Assembly: GCA_951406725.2 (NCBI GenBank)
Contig: OX597817.1
Location: 59,396,001 to 59,460,000 of the forward strand
Length of the DNA: 64,000 nt
Direction of reading: 5' to 3'
From: Octopus vulgaris
Taxonomy: Eukaryota
Positions 39,796 to 52,900 of the stretch are shown here, piece after piece (position 1 is the first letter of the stretch; every line of letters begins with the position of its first letter). The notes beneath the pieces are model-generated. The model ran no database searches. It was not told the DNA's origin and was given only the letters and a program-made list of their open reading frames with translations. Both the position numbers and the translations under genes were made by a program.

Positions 39796-40953
39796 TATTC
39801 ATGTTCTCTCAAAAGTTTATACAATTCTTACTACATTAAAATTAAATATATATATTCTTATGCATCTTCTTTGTTCCTCAATTTAAAATTCAAATTTATA
39901 ATCCTATGCTGTCTCTGGATCATGTCGGTAGTGTGGAAAGGGTCTGAGAGGTACCATCCAAGCTTTAGCACACCTACAATTCTAGGCTGTGCAATTGCCA
40001 GCAAGGTGACATTGCGATGTCCAGGTGTGGGAAGAATGGAAGCTGCAAGCACATACCCAGGTGAGGCCAACATCATCATCGTTTAATGTCCGTTTTCCAT
40101 GCTAGCATGGGTTGGACGGTTTGACCAGGGTCTGGGAAGCCAGGAGGTTGCACCAGGCTCCAGTCTGATCTGACAGTGTTTCTACAGCTGGATGCCCTTC
40201 CTAACGCCAACCACTCCGTGAGTGTAGTGGGTGCTTTTTACGTGCCAGGCAAGGCTGGCAACGGCCACGATCGGTTGGTGCTTTTTATGTGCCACCGGCA
40301 CAGAAGCCAGTCAAGGCGGCGCTGGCATCGGCCACGTTCAGATGGTGCATTTTAAGTGCCACCAGCACAGGGATCAAATGGTTGCAATAGCCTCATGCAC
40401 AAGCATTGCTGGATTTTGCATGGATGTGGACAATGGTCTGTGATGGTCATCATCATCATCATGTCTATACATGTACGTGGGGGAAGGATGGATGTGAGTT
40501 TGTGCCTCCTTGTCTGGACCTTGCACGAGTGTCATCATCATACATTGATGTCCTTCATTTTCAATCTTCCATGAAAATACGTCTAGCCATGGGGAAACAT
40601 GTTACCTTAACTTGGAAACAAACAAGGATTGGTGACAGGAAGAGCATCCAGCCATAGAATAATGTCTTGATACTTTCCATCTGATCTATGCATGGAAAAG
40701 TGGATGTTAAAATAATGATGATGACAATGGTGGTGGTGATGATGATGATGATGATGACGATGGTGGTGGTGGCGCTGACAATGACAATGGTGGTAGTGGT
40801 GGTGGTGGTGGTGGTGATGACGATGATGATGATGAATGGTTCTCATCCTTTTATAGACTGTTTTAATTTCAAAAGAGACAATAACAGCAATAGAAAAAGA
40901 ATATTGAAGTTCAGAAAAGGAAAAAAAAAAAAACCATTATCTTAATAAAAATA

Positions 40954-40959
40954 TTTATT
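40954..40959 (-). terminator. Candidate CTSB polyadenylation signal
   Basis: AATAAA on the minus strand about 155 nt after the stop, followed by a T-rich tract. Confidence 0.5.
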
Positions 40960-41114
40960 TTAAAGTTTCATGTAAATTTCAAATAAAATTATAAAATATT
41001 TTTATATTTGTCTTGTGATGTGTGTGTGTGTGTGCGTGTGTGTGTATGTGTCTGTGTATGTGTCTTGTGTGTATGATTTATATAAAACGTAAAAATGTCA
41101 ACAACATTTGAATA

Positions 41115-41206
41115 TCATTCTTTCTTTTGGGCCAATTTTGGAAGCCCTGCAACAATTTGATCTTCAATACCACATTCGTTGTTGCCTCTCTTGATCTTGA
41201 AAAATC
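41115..41206 (-). CDS. CTSB: CTSB terminal coding exon
   Basis: ttacag|GATTTTTC...GAATGA; encodes [29 protein letters not shown]. Confidence 0.95.
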
Positions 41207-43818
41207 CTGTAAACAGAAAGAAAAAGATTAACAAGATATACATAATAAAAAAAAAATAATTAATAAATATTTACATATTTTTTTAAAATCAAATTTCTTC
41301 CTCCATTCCACACAAACACATCTTCTGAATAAAAGAAAACATTTTTTAAATAATGAAGAATTTATTAAAACAGCTGTCATTATTAAGCTAGTCTAAGGAG
41401 GCAAGCTGGCAGACTCGTTAGCACACCTGAGAAAATGCTGAGTGGTATTTCGTTTGTCTTTATATTCATCATCATCACCATCATTTAACATCTGTTTCCC
41501 ATGCTGGCATGGGTTGGACGGTTTGACAGGTCTGGAGAGCCAGCGGCTGCACCAGGTTCCAATCTGATCTGGCAAGGTTTCTACAGCAGGATGTCCTTCA
41601 CTCTGAGAGTGAAGTGGGTGCTTTTTATGTGCCACTGGCACGGGAGCCAGTCAGTGGGTACTGGCATCGAACATGTTCGGATGGTGCTTTTTATGTACCA
41701 CCAGCATAGGACCCAGTCAGGGGTCACTGGTCACAGCTATGATATTGGTTTTACTTGACTCAACAGATCTTCTCAAGCATATCCTATCGCCTGACGCATC
41801 AGGGGTACTCTTAACTGGGCTGGACATGCATGGCTGCAATCTGAGTTCAAATTCCACCGAGGCAGACTTTGCCTTTCTTCTTTTCAGGATTTATAAAATA
41901 AGTACTGCCTGACTGGCACCTGTGCTGGTGACACGTAAAAAGCACCCACTACACTCTCAGAGTGGTTGGCATTAGGAACGGCGTCCAGCTGTAGAAACTC
42001 TGCCAGATCAAGATTGGAGTCTGGTTCGCCAGCCCTCAGTCAAAATCGTCCAACCCATGCTAGCATGGAAAGTGGACGTTAAAAGATGATGATGATGAAG
42101 TACCAGTTGAACACTAGGGTTGATGTAATCAACTTACCCCTCCCCTTAAATTGCTAGCCTTGTGCCAAAATTTGAAACCAATATTATGATGATTTGTACA
42201 CAAAACAATAACTGAAAATATTTTCAAAAATTCTACAAAAATTATAAAGAATTTGCAACCACAAACAAACTACAAAGAAAAACCATTAAAGAAATTTTGT
42301 CTGAATGATAAATACCTTTATCTCCCCAATCAGGGTTCCACGAATTAGCCACAAGCCAATATGGAGTACTTTCCTCAACGCCCCAACCTAAGATCTTCAC
42401 AGCATGGCCACCCATAAATTCTCCTTCTTCATGTTGGTAAACACCTGTTGTGAATAAAAATAGAGTATAATGGTAAGGTCAGCTGAAATGGAGAGACTAG
42501 AACCATTAATTGGTTTCTGCTTTCATATTTCTCAATGGTATAATCAGCATCCATTACTCTGCAAGTCTTTGATGCTCAGCCTCAGCATACATAAGTTAGC
42601 ATCTAAAGAAAATACATTTAATGGTGATAATAATTCTAGATGGAACTGGCACTCTGGCAAATAGGTAAACGTAGGTTCTGATCAGTTGGAATAGAAGCCA
42701 AGGAGAGGAGCACAAATATATGACTTATCAGTCTGATTAACACATAAAACAAAATATCAATTATTTCTCTCTAAGATACAAGAAAATGGTTGACATGAGG
42801 GCAATGGATAAAGTGCTGATGTCTTTTGGAAAGGCCTCTGTAGCACAGCCTCCTTGAAAGACACTGCCTTGTTTCACATGAGTGAAATACCTATTTCTTT
42901 ACTACCCACAAGGGGCTAAACACAGAGAGGACAGACAAAGAGACTAAGTCGATTACATCGACCCCAGTGCGTAACTAGTACTTATTTAATCCACCCCGAA
43001 AGGATAAAAGGTCAACCTCGGCGGAATTTGAACTCAGAACATAAAGACAGACGAAATACAGCTAAGCATTTCGCCCAGCATGCTGATGTTTCTGCCAGCT
43101 CGCTGCCTTACATGAGTGAAATACAAACGTAGTAAATACAGAATTGATTTAATGAATGTATATAAATGAATGAAAATCCAATTAACCTTTTGTTAAACTA
43201 CACAGCCCTTATTGCAATTAATTTTTGAAATAATGAATTTAATAAAATAACTTTGTCATTCTGGCAGAATCCTAAGAGCACACGACAAAATAGTGAGAGG
43301 TGCTTTCTTATGAGTCTTTATGCTCTGAATCTCCATTGAGGCCAACCTTTTGGAGTCGATAAAATAAATACCAGTTGACCACTGGGGTCAGTGCAATCGA
43401 CTTACATCCTTCTCCCAAACTTGCACCAAAATGGGAAACCATTATTATTATTTTGGCTTGGCTCAGATTCAGTCTTATTCCGGGCAGGATTTAAGTGGGA
43501 AGCAGGGCAGTGAGCTGGCAGAATCATTGGCATGTCAGGCCAAATGCTTAGTGGTACTCTGTCCATCTTCACACTTTGAGTTCAAGTTTCACCGAGGTCA
43601 ACTTTGCTTCTCATCCATTCAGGGTAAATAAAATAAGTACCAGTTGAGAGCTGGAGTTGATACAATCGACTACCCCCTCCCCACAAATTTCATCATCATC
43701 ATCATTATTATTATCATTATTATCATCATCATTATTATTATTATTTTTATTATCATTATTATCATCATCATTATTATTATTATTATCATTATTATTATTA
43801 TTATCATTATCATTATTT

Positions 43819-43852
<34 letters not shown>

Positions 43853-46800
43853 TATTAAGGTGACAAGCTGGCAGAATCGTTAGCACGCAAGGTGAAATGC
43901 TTAGCGGTATTTTGTCTGCCATTACGTTCTGAGTTCAAACTCCGACAAGGTCAACTTTGCCTTTCATCCTTTCAGGGTCGATTAAATAATTATCAGTTAT
44001 GCACTGGGGTCAATGTAATCAACTTAATCCCTTTGTCTGTCCTTGTTTGTCCCCTCTATGTTTAGCCCCTTGTGGGTAGTAAAGAAATAGGTATTTCGTC
44101 TGCTGTTACATTCTGAGTTCAAACTCCACTGAGGTTGACTTTGCCTTTCATCCTTTCAGGGTCGATTAAATAAGTATCAGTTATGCACTGGGGTTAATGT
44201 AATCGACTTAAACCCTTTGTCTGTCCTTGTTTGTCCCCTCTATGTTTAGACCCTGTAGGCAATAAAGAAATAAAAATTATTATTATTATCATTATTATCA
44301 TTATTATTACTAGAGCAGTGAGCTGGAAGAATCGTTAGCATGCCGGACAAAATTCTTAGTGGTATTTCACCCATTGATCTGTGCTGAGTTCAAATTCCGC
44401 CAAGGTTGACTTTGCCTTTCATCCTTTCAGGGTTGATAAATTAAGAATCAGCTGAACACGGGGGCCAAAATCAAAAAAGGACAACCAAACAAAGCAGAAT
44501 GAAATATTTTTTCACCTGATTTATATGTAAGGAAATCTTTGTAAACTGAGAAAGCAGCCTCAACGGGGCCATTGGTCATTATTTCCTGCCGAATGTTCTT
44601 TTCATCATTGTCAACAGCATAAGAGGTATGTCCTGGAATTAGAAGAGATTCATCTATCATTTTGGTTTAGACATATCACAGGAGACATTTATTATGCGAT
44701 TTAGATTAAGATAAGGGACAAACAAGACTGTGGACTCCATACATAACTGTGTGTGTGTGTGTATGTGTTTTGAGAAGGGCAATATCACTAGAGGACAGGA
44801 TAGATGGGTGTCCATGAAGAACAGACAGGGGGTAGCATAGGAATGGAGGAGAGATGGGGGAGAATCAGTGGAAGTCAGAAAGGGAGAGGAGTTAATATTG
44901 GGTTGGTTCATAATTATTGCAGCTTTCTTTTTTTCAACAAATTTAATTCAACAAAAATAATGACAATATTTAACAAAAGCATCTTTAAATGATGGTCTGA
45001 CCGTCTGCCAAGCAAATGGGAAGCAGTAATTGAAATAGATGGTGAATATGCTCCGGAATAATCATTTAAAGATGTTTTTGTTACATGTTGTTATTGTTTC
45101 CGTTGAATAAAATTTGTTGGAAAAAAGCTGCGATAATTATGCACCAACCCAATAAGATGGTGGAAAAGGGGAGGAGCTACAACGGAAGAGGACAGAGAAG
45201 AGGAAGGCGACAAGCTGGCAGAAACGTTAGCAGGTTGGGGGAAATGCTTAGTGGTGTTCTATCTGTCTTTACTTTCTGAGTTCAAATTCTGCTGAGGTCG
45301 ACTTTGTCTTCCATCCTTTCGGGGTCGATAAATAAAGTACCAGTCATACACTAGGGTCGATGTAATCGACTTAATCCGTTTGTCTGTCCTTGTTTGTCCC
45401 CTTTATGTTTAGCCCTTTGTGGGTAGTAAAGAAATAAGAAGAGGACAGAGAAAGAGAAGTCAATAGTAAGAAGAGGAGGCACTGAGAGAGAGAGAGGTTG
45501 CTAGAGTAGTAAGTAGGGAGGGAAGAGTTGAGAGAAAGGGGTCAGCAAAAAAGAAGGGAGTCAGTAAAAGATCGAAGGATCAGCAGGAGACGGAATGGAG
45601 TGAGACAACAAGGACAGAGTAGGGGTCAGGGATTAGTGGAGGATAAAGAAGGGAATTGAATGGAGGAAGAAATAGTAGCAATATGAAGGTTTGCCTGCCA
45701 ACCATGTGGTCTTGGGTTCAGTCTCGCTGTGTGGCACCTTGCACAAGTGTTTTCTTCTATAACATTGGGTCAACCAAACCCTTGTGAGGGGATTTGGTAG
45801 AAGGAAACTGAAAGAAGTCTGATATATATACATAGATATGCATGCTTGTGTGCATGTGTACTTTTGTCTAGAGACTGTGTGGTGGGTGTAAATGAGTGAG
45901 GATGTTTATCTATGATAAATGTGTCTGGTCACAGGTAAATATTACCTTACCTGGAAACAGGTAAGGATTAGTGACATGGGGAGCATTTAGTCAAAGGAAA
46001 TCTGCCCCAGTAAATTTCATACGACTGATGAAAAGGGCACCATTCGAGTGTGATCGTTACCAGCGTCGCCTTACTGGCACTTGTGCCCATGCTAGTAGGG
46101 TGCCAAGTGCACCATCCGATCATGATCGTTGCCAAAGCAGCCAACTGGCTTCCGTGCTGGTGGCACATAAAAGGGCACCATTCGAGCGTAATCGTTACCA
46201 ACGTCGCCTTACTGGCACCTGTGCCAGTGGTATGTGTAAAAAGATTCGAGCGAGGTCATTGCCAGTACTGCCTGACTGGCCCCCATGCCGGTGGCACGTA
46301 AAAAGCACCCACTACACTCTCAGAGTGGTTGGCATTAGGAAAGGCGTCCAGCTGTAGAAACTTTGCCAGATCAAGATTGGAGCCTGGTGCAGCCATCTGG
46401 TTTGCCAGTGCTCAGTCAAAATCGTCCCAACCCATGCTAGCATGGAAAGTGGACGTTAAACGATGATGATGATGATGCAAAAATCGAAAAGAAGGTATTA
46501 AACGAATGAATGATAATGGAACTAGTAATCAAAAGAAACAGGCTTTCACCAGATGTACACACCATAATGTTTGTCATCATCATAAGTCGCATTGTATCCT
46601 GCTTCACATTTTCTCTCACATGATGGGGTTGGCAATTCTCCCTTACAAGGGTGCAGTTTTCCAGGAACATGATGGTCACAGGCTGGGATTTGGTACGGTT
46701 GGCAACCCTGCAAGAAAAATATTGAGGAAAATCATTAAAAGAGATTCACAAAATGTCATGGAGTTGAGATAACTTAACATTGGTAATCACCATCATTTAA

Positions 46801-49097
46801 CATTCAGGTTCCATGCTGCCATAAATTGGATGGTTCAACAGAATTCAATGGGTCCAAGGACTGCATTGTTCTCCAGACGTCTGCTTTGGTGTGGTTTCTA
46901 TGGCTGGAGACCCTTCTTAATGCTAACTGCTTTACAGCATGGACTGGGAGCTTTATCCATGCTACCGGTTGCCGTGCAGCCGGAAAGACTATGAACCCTG
47001 GCTAGCTTTATTTTGGGGGATGAGGGGGTGGGTTAAAGTATTGGGGCAGTGGGGGAGAAGAGCTACATGGTTAGGGGAGGGAGAGAACGATCAGTAGAAA
47101 CTGGTAAGTAAAAGTCGGGGGGGTGGCTTACAAGATTATATGAGGAGTTGAGGGAATGGGGAGGCAGCCTGCAATTGTAAAAAAAAGTTGGGTCCTGGTG
47201 AATGGTGATGAGATGGGGAAGATAGAGGGATGCAGAAGGGAGCAAAAAACAAAAATAAATGCAATGGGTTGCAAAGGACCTGGTTGTGTGCTAAGAAAAT
47301 TTGTTTCACAAGCATGGGATTCTAGGTTTGGTGATGCCACATGACATCTTGGGCCTTTTACTCTTGCTTTGGGTCAACCAAAGTCTTGAGAATGAAAATT
47401 GATAAACAGAAACTTCCTGTAACGAAGCAGTCTGGCAAAAGACCAATCAGGGGTAAGCGCCAGACTTAAACAAAATAAGTACTAGGGTACTTATTTGTTC
47501 AACTAAATGCCTTCAAAGTGGTGCCCCAGCATAACCACAGTCCAATGACTGAAACAAATAAAAGGTAAAAGATATTGAATGTTGTAAATGCTTTCAAGGT
47601 AGCAAGCGGGAAGATAATTATCATCATCATTTAATGTCCATCTTCCATGCTGGCATAGAAGATGGCCGTCACTGACCAACTGCTTAGCAGCACTTGTTCT
47701 AGCTTCAAATTCCACCAAGGTCAACTTTGCCTTTCATACTTCCAGGTTAAATGAAATGAGAACAAGTTACACACTGAGGTCACTGTAGTCAACTTGCCCA
47801 CACCCAAACTTCAGGCTTTGGGCCTTATAACACAAAGAATTATGATAAATGTTTTAGCCAAGGAATCCAGGGGTTTGTTCTACATCAATGTGCTAACTCA
47901 GAAAAGAATTTACAAGCAAGAACAAACACAAAACAATATTCTTTTCTATTCTGTGCACAAGACACAAAATTTTAGGGAAGGGGCCTGTCGATTAGATCAA
48001 CCCCAGCATGCAACTGGTACTTATTTATCGACCCTGAAAACGATGAAAGGCAAAGTCGACCTCGGTGGAATTTGAACTCAGAACATAAAGACAGGTGAGA
48101 TACTGCTAAGCATTTCGCCCGGCGTGCTAACGTTTCTGCCAGCTCGCCACCAAACACAAAACAATGTTCTTTTCTACTCTGGGCAGAAGGCCTGAAATTT
48201 TGGGGGACGAGGCCAGTCGATTAGATCGACCCCAGTACGCAACTGGTACTTAATTTATCAACCCCGAAAGGATGAAAGGCAAAGTCGACCTTGGCAGAAA
48301 CACAAAGCAACATTACAAAGTGAATGTATTGTTGTGAAGAAAAGGAAAGAAATATCATATTTCAAACCTGTCATTGAAGACTGACGGCTGCATGGTCAAA
48401 TGGTTAGGGTGGTGCACCCATGATCACAAGAGTGTGGTTTCAATTCTTGGATAGGACAGTGCATGATGCTCTTGAAAGGAAAACACTTCATTTCATGATG
48501 CTTCAGTCCACTCAGCTGTTAAACGGGTCACCCTGTGATGAACTGGTGTCCAATTCGAGGTCAATGTTATGATCTTGGCCATGGAAACCGAGTAAAGGAC
48601 TCAAGACAATAATGACCAGGAGGTTTAATAATGACAATGATGATGATGATGATGATGATGATGTAATTAGACTGAAGAAAGATTTTTACCATTTTGCTGT
48701 GATAAGGTCCACCAGTGACGATGCCTGTAGCTTTGAAATAGTCCCAAGCAGCAGCTGGGTATCCACCGTTACATCTGCAAAATCATAAAAGATTGGTCTT
48801 ATTATTTATTTTCCTTTGTCTAAAGTTAATCTCTTAAATCGCTACAATAATACTTTCAGGAAAATGGTATTTCTTTTGCATCACATTCCCCGAAGGCTTC
48901 TCATAAATATCTAATAACAGAAGAAGCCATTCTTCAATTCATGGGAGAAAAAGAGACAGATGTGACTGGTACCCCAAACATGTGATTTTGATTTAGTCTT
49001 ACTGAGTGACATCTTGGGCAAGTGTCTTCTACTAAAAGCATGAGGCCAACCAAAACCTTCTGAGTGGATTTGGTAAATGGACACTGAAAGAAGCCCA

Positions 49098-49150
<53 letters not shown>

Positions 49151-49923
49151 TATACATACATATATATATATATGCTAGCATGGAAAGCGGACGCTAAATG
49201 ATGATGATGATGATGATATATATATATATATATATTATATTAAATTAGAGATAAAACCACTATTAGGCAAATCAAATAGTGAAAATCATAAGCCAATACA
49301 TAGAAAAAATTAATTAAAAAAATATAAAATATAAATATAAAAAATATAAAATATAGAATTCCAAATTAAAATATTTAAATTAAAGTAAAAATTTTTTAAA
49401 TTATTTAAATAATTTAAACTTATAAATTTTAAATATATATAGACCCCAGTTGAACCGTCCAACCCATGCTAGCATGGAAAACGGACGCTAAACGATGATG
49501 ATGATGATGATATATATATATATATATATTTTATTTTATTTTTTTTTGTAAATTATATAACTATCAAAAAGTATTAAAAGTTTAATATAAGATAAATAGT
49601 ATATATATATATTTATATATATCACCGTGACTGACCAGGCTATCAGATGTTGCTATACATTGCTGGTTACAATGCACTTCGCATTGTTTTAGCCTTTAAA
49701 AAACGCCATCCCGCTGGCTAAGCGAGCAGGCCAACAGAAGAAAGAGAGAGAAAAAGAGTACAGCAGGGATCGCCACCACCTGCCGGAGCCTCGTGGAGCT
49801 TTAGGTGTTTTCGCTCAATAAACACTCACTATGCCTGGTCTGGGAATTGAAACCGTGATCTTATGACCGCGAGTCCGCTGCCCTAATCACTGGGCCATTG
49901 CGCCTCCACACACACACACACAC

Positions 49924-49958
<35 letters not shown>

Positions 49959-52900
49959 TATATATAGATAATGTGTGTGTGTGTGTCCTGTCCCAGTACA
50001 TTTTTAAAGACCAATGGAATAACAAAAAAATCCATTACTTGAAAAACAGATAACGGTTGCTTTGAAGATAGAAAAAGTATCCAACTAGAAAATTCTACAT
50101 CAAATAAATCTCCAACAAACCCAAGCTAGCATGGAAAAATTTCATCATCATCATTTAACATCCATGTTCCATGTTGACATGGTTTGGACAATTCAAGAGG
50201 ATGTGACAAGTCTGAGAGTGGTGTTGGTCTCCAGTGTCTGCTTTAGCAAAGTTTCTACAGATGAAGGCCCTTCCTGATGCCAACCATTTTACAGAGTGTC
50301 TGTTGGATGGGTTTTTTTTTTCTTTTTGAGGCATCAGCACCGGTGGGGTCACCAAGTAACTCACAAGACACAAGCTTTGTGCAAAGCAAAGAGAGGCTAA
50401 AGTAGAAACGAGGGAGGGGTACAGGTACCGTGTTGTTGAGGAGATACATGGGTACCCCGGTTGGACAGGAAGAAAGGATAATGGAGATGAGATCATCATC
50501 ATCATCATCATTTAACGTCCGTTTTCCATGCTAGCATGGGTTGGACAGTTCGACTGTGGTCTGGGAAGCCAGGAGGCTGCTCCAGTCTGATCTTTTACAT
50601 GCCACCACCACAGGTACCAGGGGAGGCTGGCAACATCCACGATCGGTTGCTGCTTTTTACGAGCCACCGGCACGGAAGCCAGTCAAGGCAGTGCTGGCAT
50701 CGGCCACGTACAGATGGTGCTTTTTACGTGCCACCGGCACAGGTGCCAGGGGAGGCTGGCAACAGCCACAATTGGTTGATGCTTTTTACATGCCACCAGC
50801 ACGGAGATATCAGGGTATATCCTCAAAGTACACAAACAAATAAAGACAACAATTACAAAGGAGGAAATTTAACTTACCCCATACCACAACTCTGGCAGCA
50901 GGTCATCAAATCTTCAATGGAAATATGAGCATTCATTTGGCCTCCGGAATGGATACAGATTCTGTCAGACATAGCTTCGGCAGCAGCAGCAGCCTGCAAC
51001 ATGACAGAACAAGAAGGGATCTTCTTATTTAGGGAGCACGATTTGAAATTTCAGTTCCAATACACAGACAAATGGTCTCAGAACAAATCACTTACATATA
51101 TACTTAAGTGGTGGTCACTCAACTTTGACAACAGGAGAAATGTCATAAAAAGCAGGGGGCAACAATTAGGAGTCAGCATACTTACCCAACAAGAGCCACA
51201 GTTTCCTTGGTCTCTAACTTCTTTGAGAGTTTGGCAAGAAGGCCACTGTTGACGAGAATCAAATGAATCAGGAAGAGGGCCGCCCATCTCAAGAACTGGT
51301 GGTCTCAGAGGGGGCAGATGCTTCTTGGACTCGGGTAAAACACCCATCAGTCTTTTGATGTCTTTTAAGTCAGCCCAGCCAAAGTTATCTTGAGCCTATA
51401 ATTGGAAAGAGAAAATAACTTTTAGACACTGCATAGCAAACCTATCCAACCCATGCAAGCAGGGAAAACAAAAACCAAAAAGAAATTAAAGGAAAGACAT
51501 TAAAACATCAACAATTGATTACGAATATGGATAGCACAGGATATTGTAGTCGTGATCCCTGTGCCGGTGGCACGTAAAAAGCACCATCCGAACGTGGCCG
51601 ATGCCAACGCCACCTTGACTGGCTTCTGTGCCGGTGGCACATAAAAAGCACCAACCGATCGTGGCCGCTGCCAGCCTCCCCTGGCACCTGTGCCGGTGAC
51701 ATGTAAAAAGCACCCACTACACTCACAGAGTGGTTGGCATTAGGAAGGGCATCCAGCTGTAGAAACTCTGCCAGATCAGACTGGAGCCTGGTGCAGCCAT
51801 CTGGTTTCCCAGACTCCGGAAGAACCGTCCAACCCATGGTAGCACGGAAAACGGACGTTAAACGATAATGATGATAATGATATATATTTTTAGGATCCAT
51901 CATCATCATCATCATCATCATCATCTAATGCCTCTTTTCCATGCTGGCATGGGTTGGACAGATCTCAATTATTTGATTCACTGCATTATCTTCTCACTGA
52001 ACTGGCATGCATGTGGCTGAGTATCCCACAGGCATGCGTACCCTTAATATAAGCCTCGAGCAGAATCAGTATGAGAAAGAGTGCCAAGGTTTGACCTTTT
52101 ACTTACAGGTACAATCTGCCCAGTGGGCTTCAACATAGTTTCCATCTACTTAATTCCACTCATAAGACTTGGGTTAGGCTAGACTAAAAGCCACTGGCCC
52201 AAGATGCCATGAGGTGGGGTTGAACACTGGACTTCAGGAATGAAGTGAGGATATTGTTATTATTTCAACCGAAATCAGTAAGGATTGAGCAGATGTATGA
52301 TCAAACAAATTCCATATGTGACCATCCTGACTCCCCACCCCATTTTTATGATAGGAGCATGCAGTTTGAAGGAGAATTGACTGCTATTTCTAGCAGCTTC
52401 AACGACCTTGTAGAGCCGTGATTCCCAGTGTGGGGCACATGCCCTACCAGTGGGGCATAGTAATATTTCGGTGGGACACGGTAATATTTTGGTGAGGCAT
52501 GTGCAAAGATACCTTCTGTACACAATGTTTAAAGTATACCAATTGAGAATGAGTTATTTTTTCAAAAATTGTCCATCCCTTCTGTGGCCAATTTTATCAA
52601 ATTTTGATTGTTTTCATCTTATCCATAAAATCTGATGTCCCTAAAGAGGGAATAGATTATTTCTTTCGATTTAGTGGTGTGTCAAAACATGTAGGTGTGT
52701 GTGTGTGCAGTGTTTGTGTGAAAACGTGATAACATGTAGGCGTGTTTGTGTGGTGTGTGGCAAAAAGAGAGAGGGGGGAGAGAGGAGAGAGAGGGGAAGG
52801 AGAGGAGAGAGGGAAAGGAGAAGAGAGATGAGAGAGAGAGGAAGGAGAGGAGAGAGGGAAAGGAGAGGAGAGAGAGGAGGAGAGAGAGGGCGAGAGAGGA

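Noticed and set aside
49830-49908. tRNA gene candidates (A/B boxes here and in other SINE heads)
   Set aside because: There is no complete cloverleaf or acceptor stem, and each continues into a SINE body.
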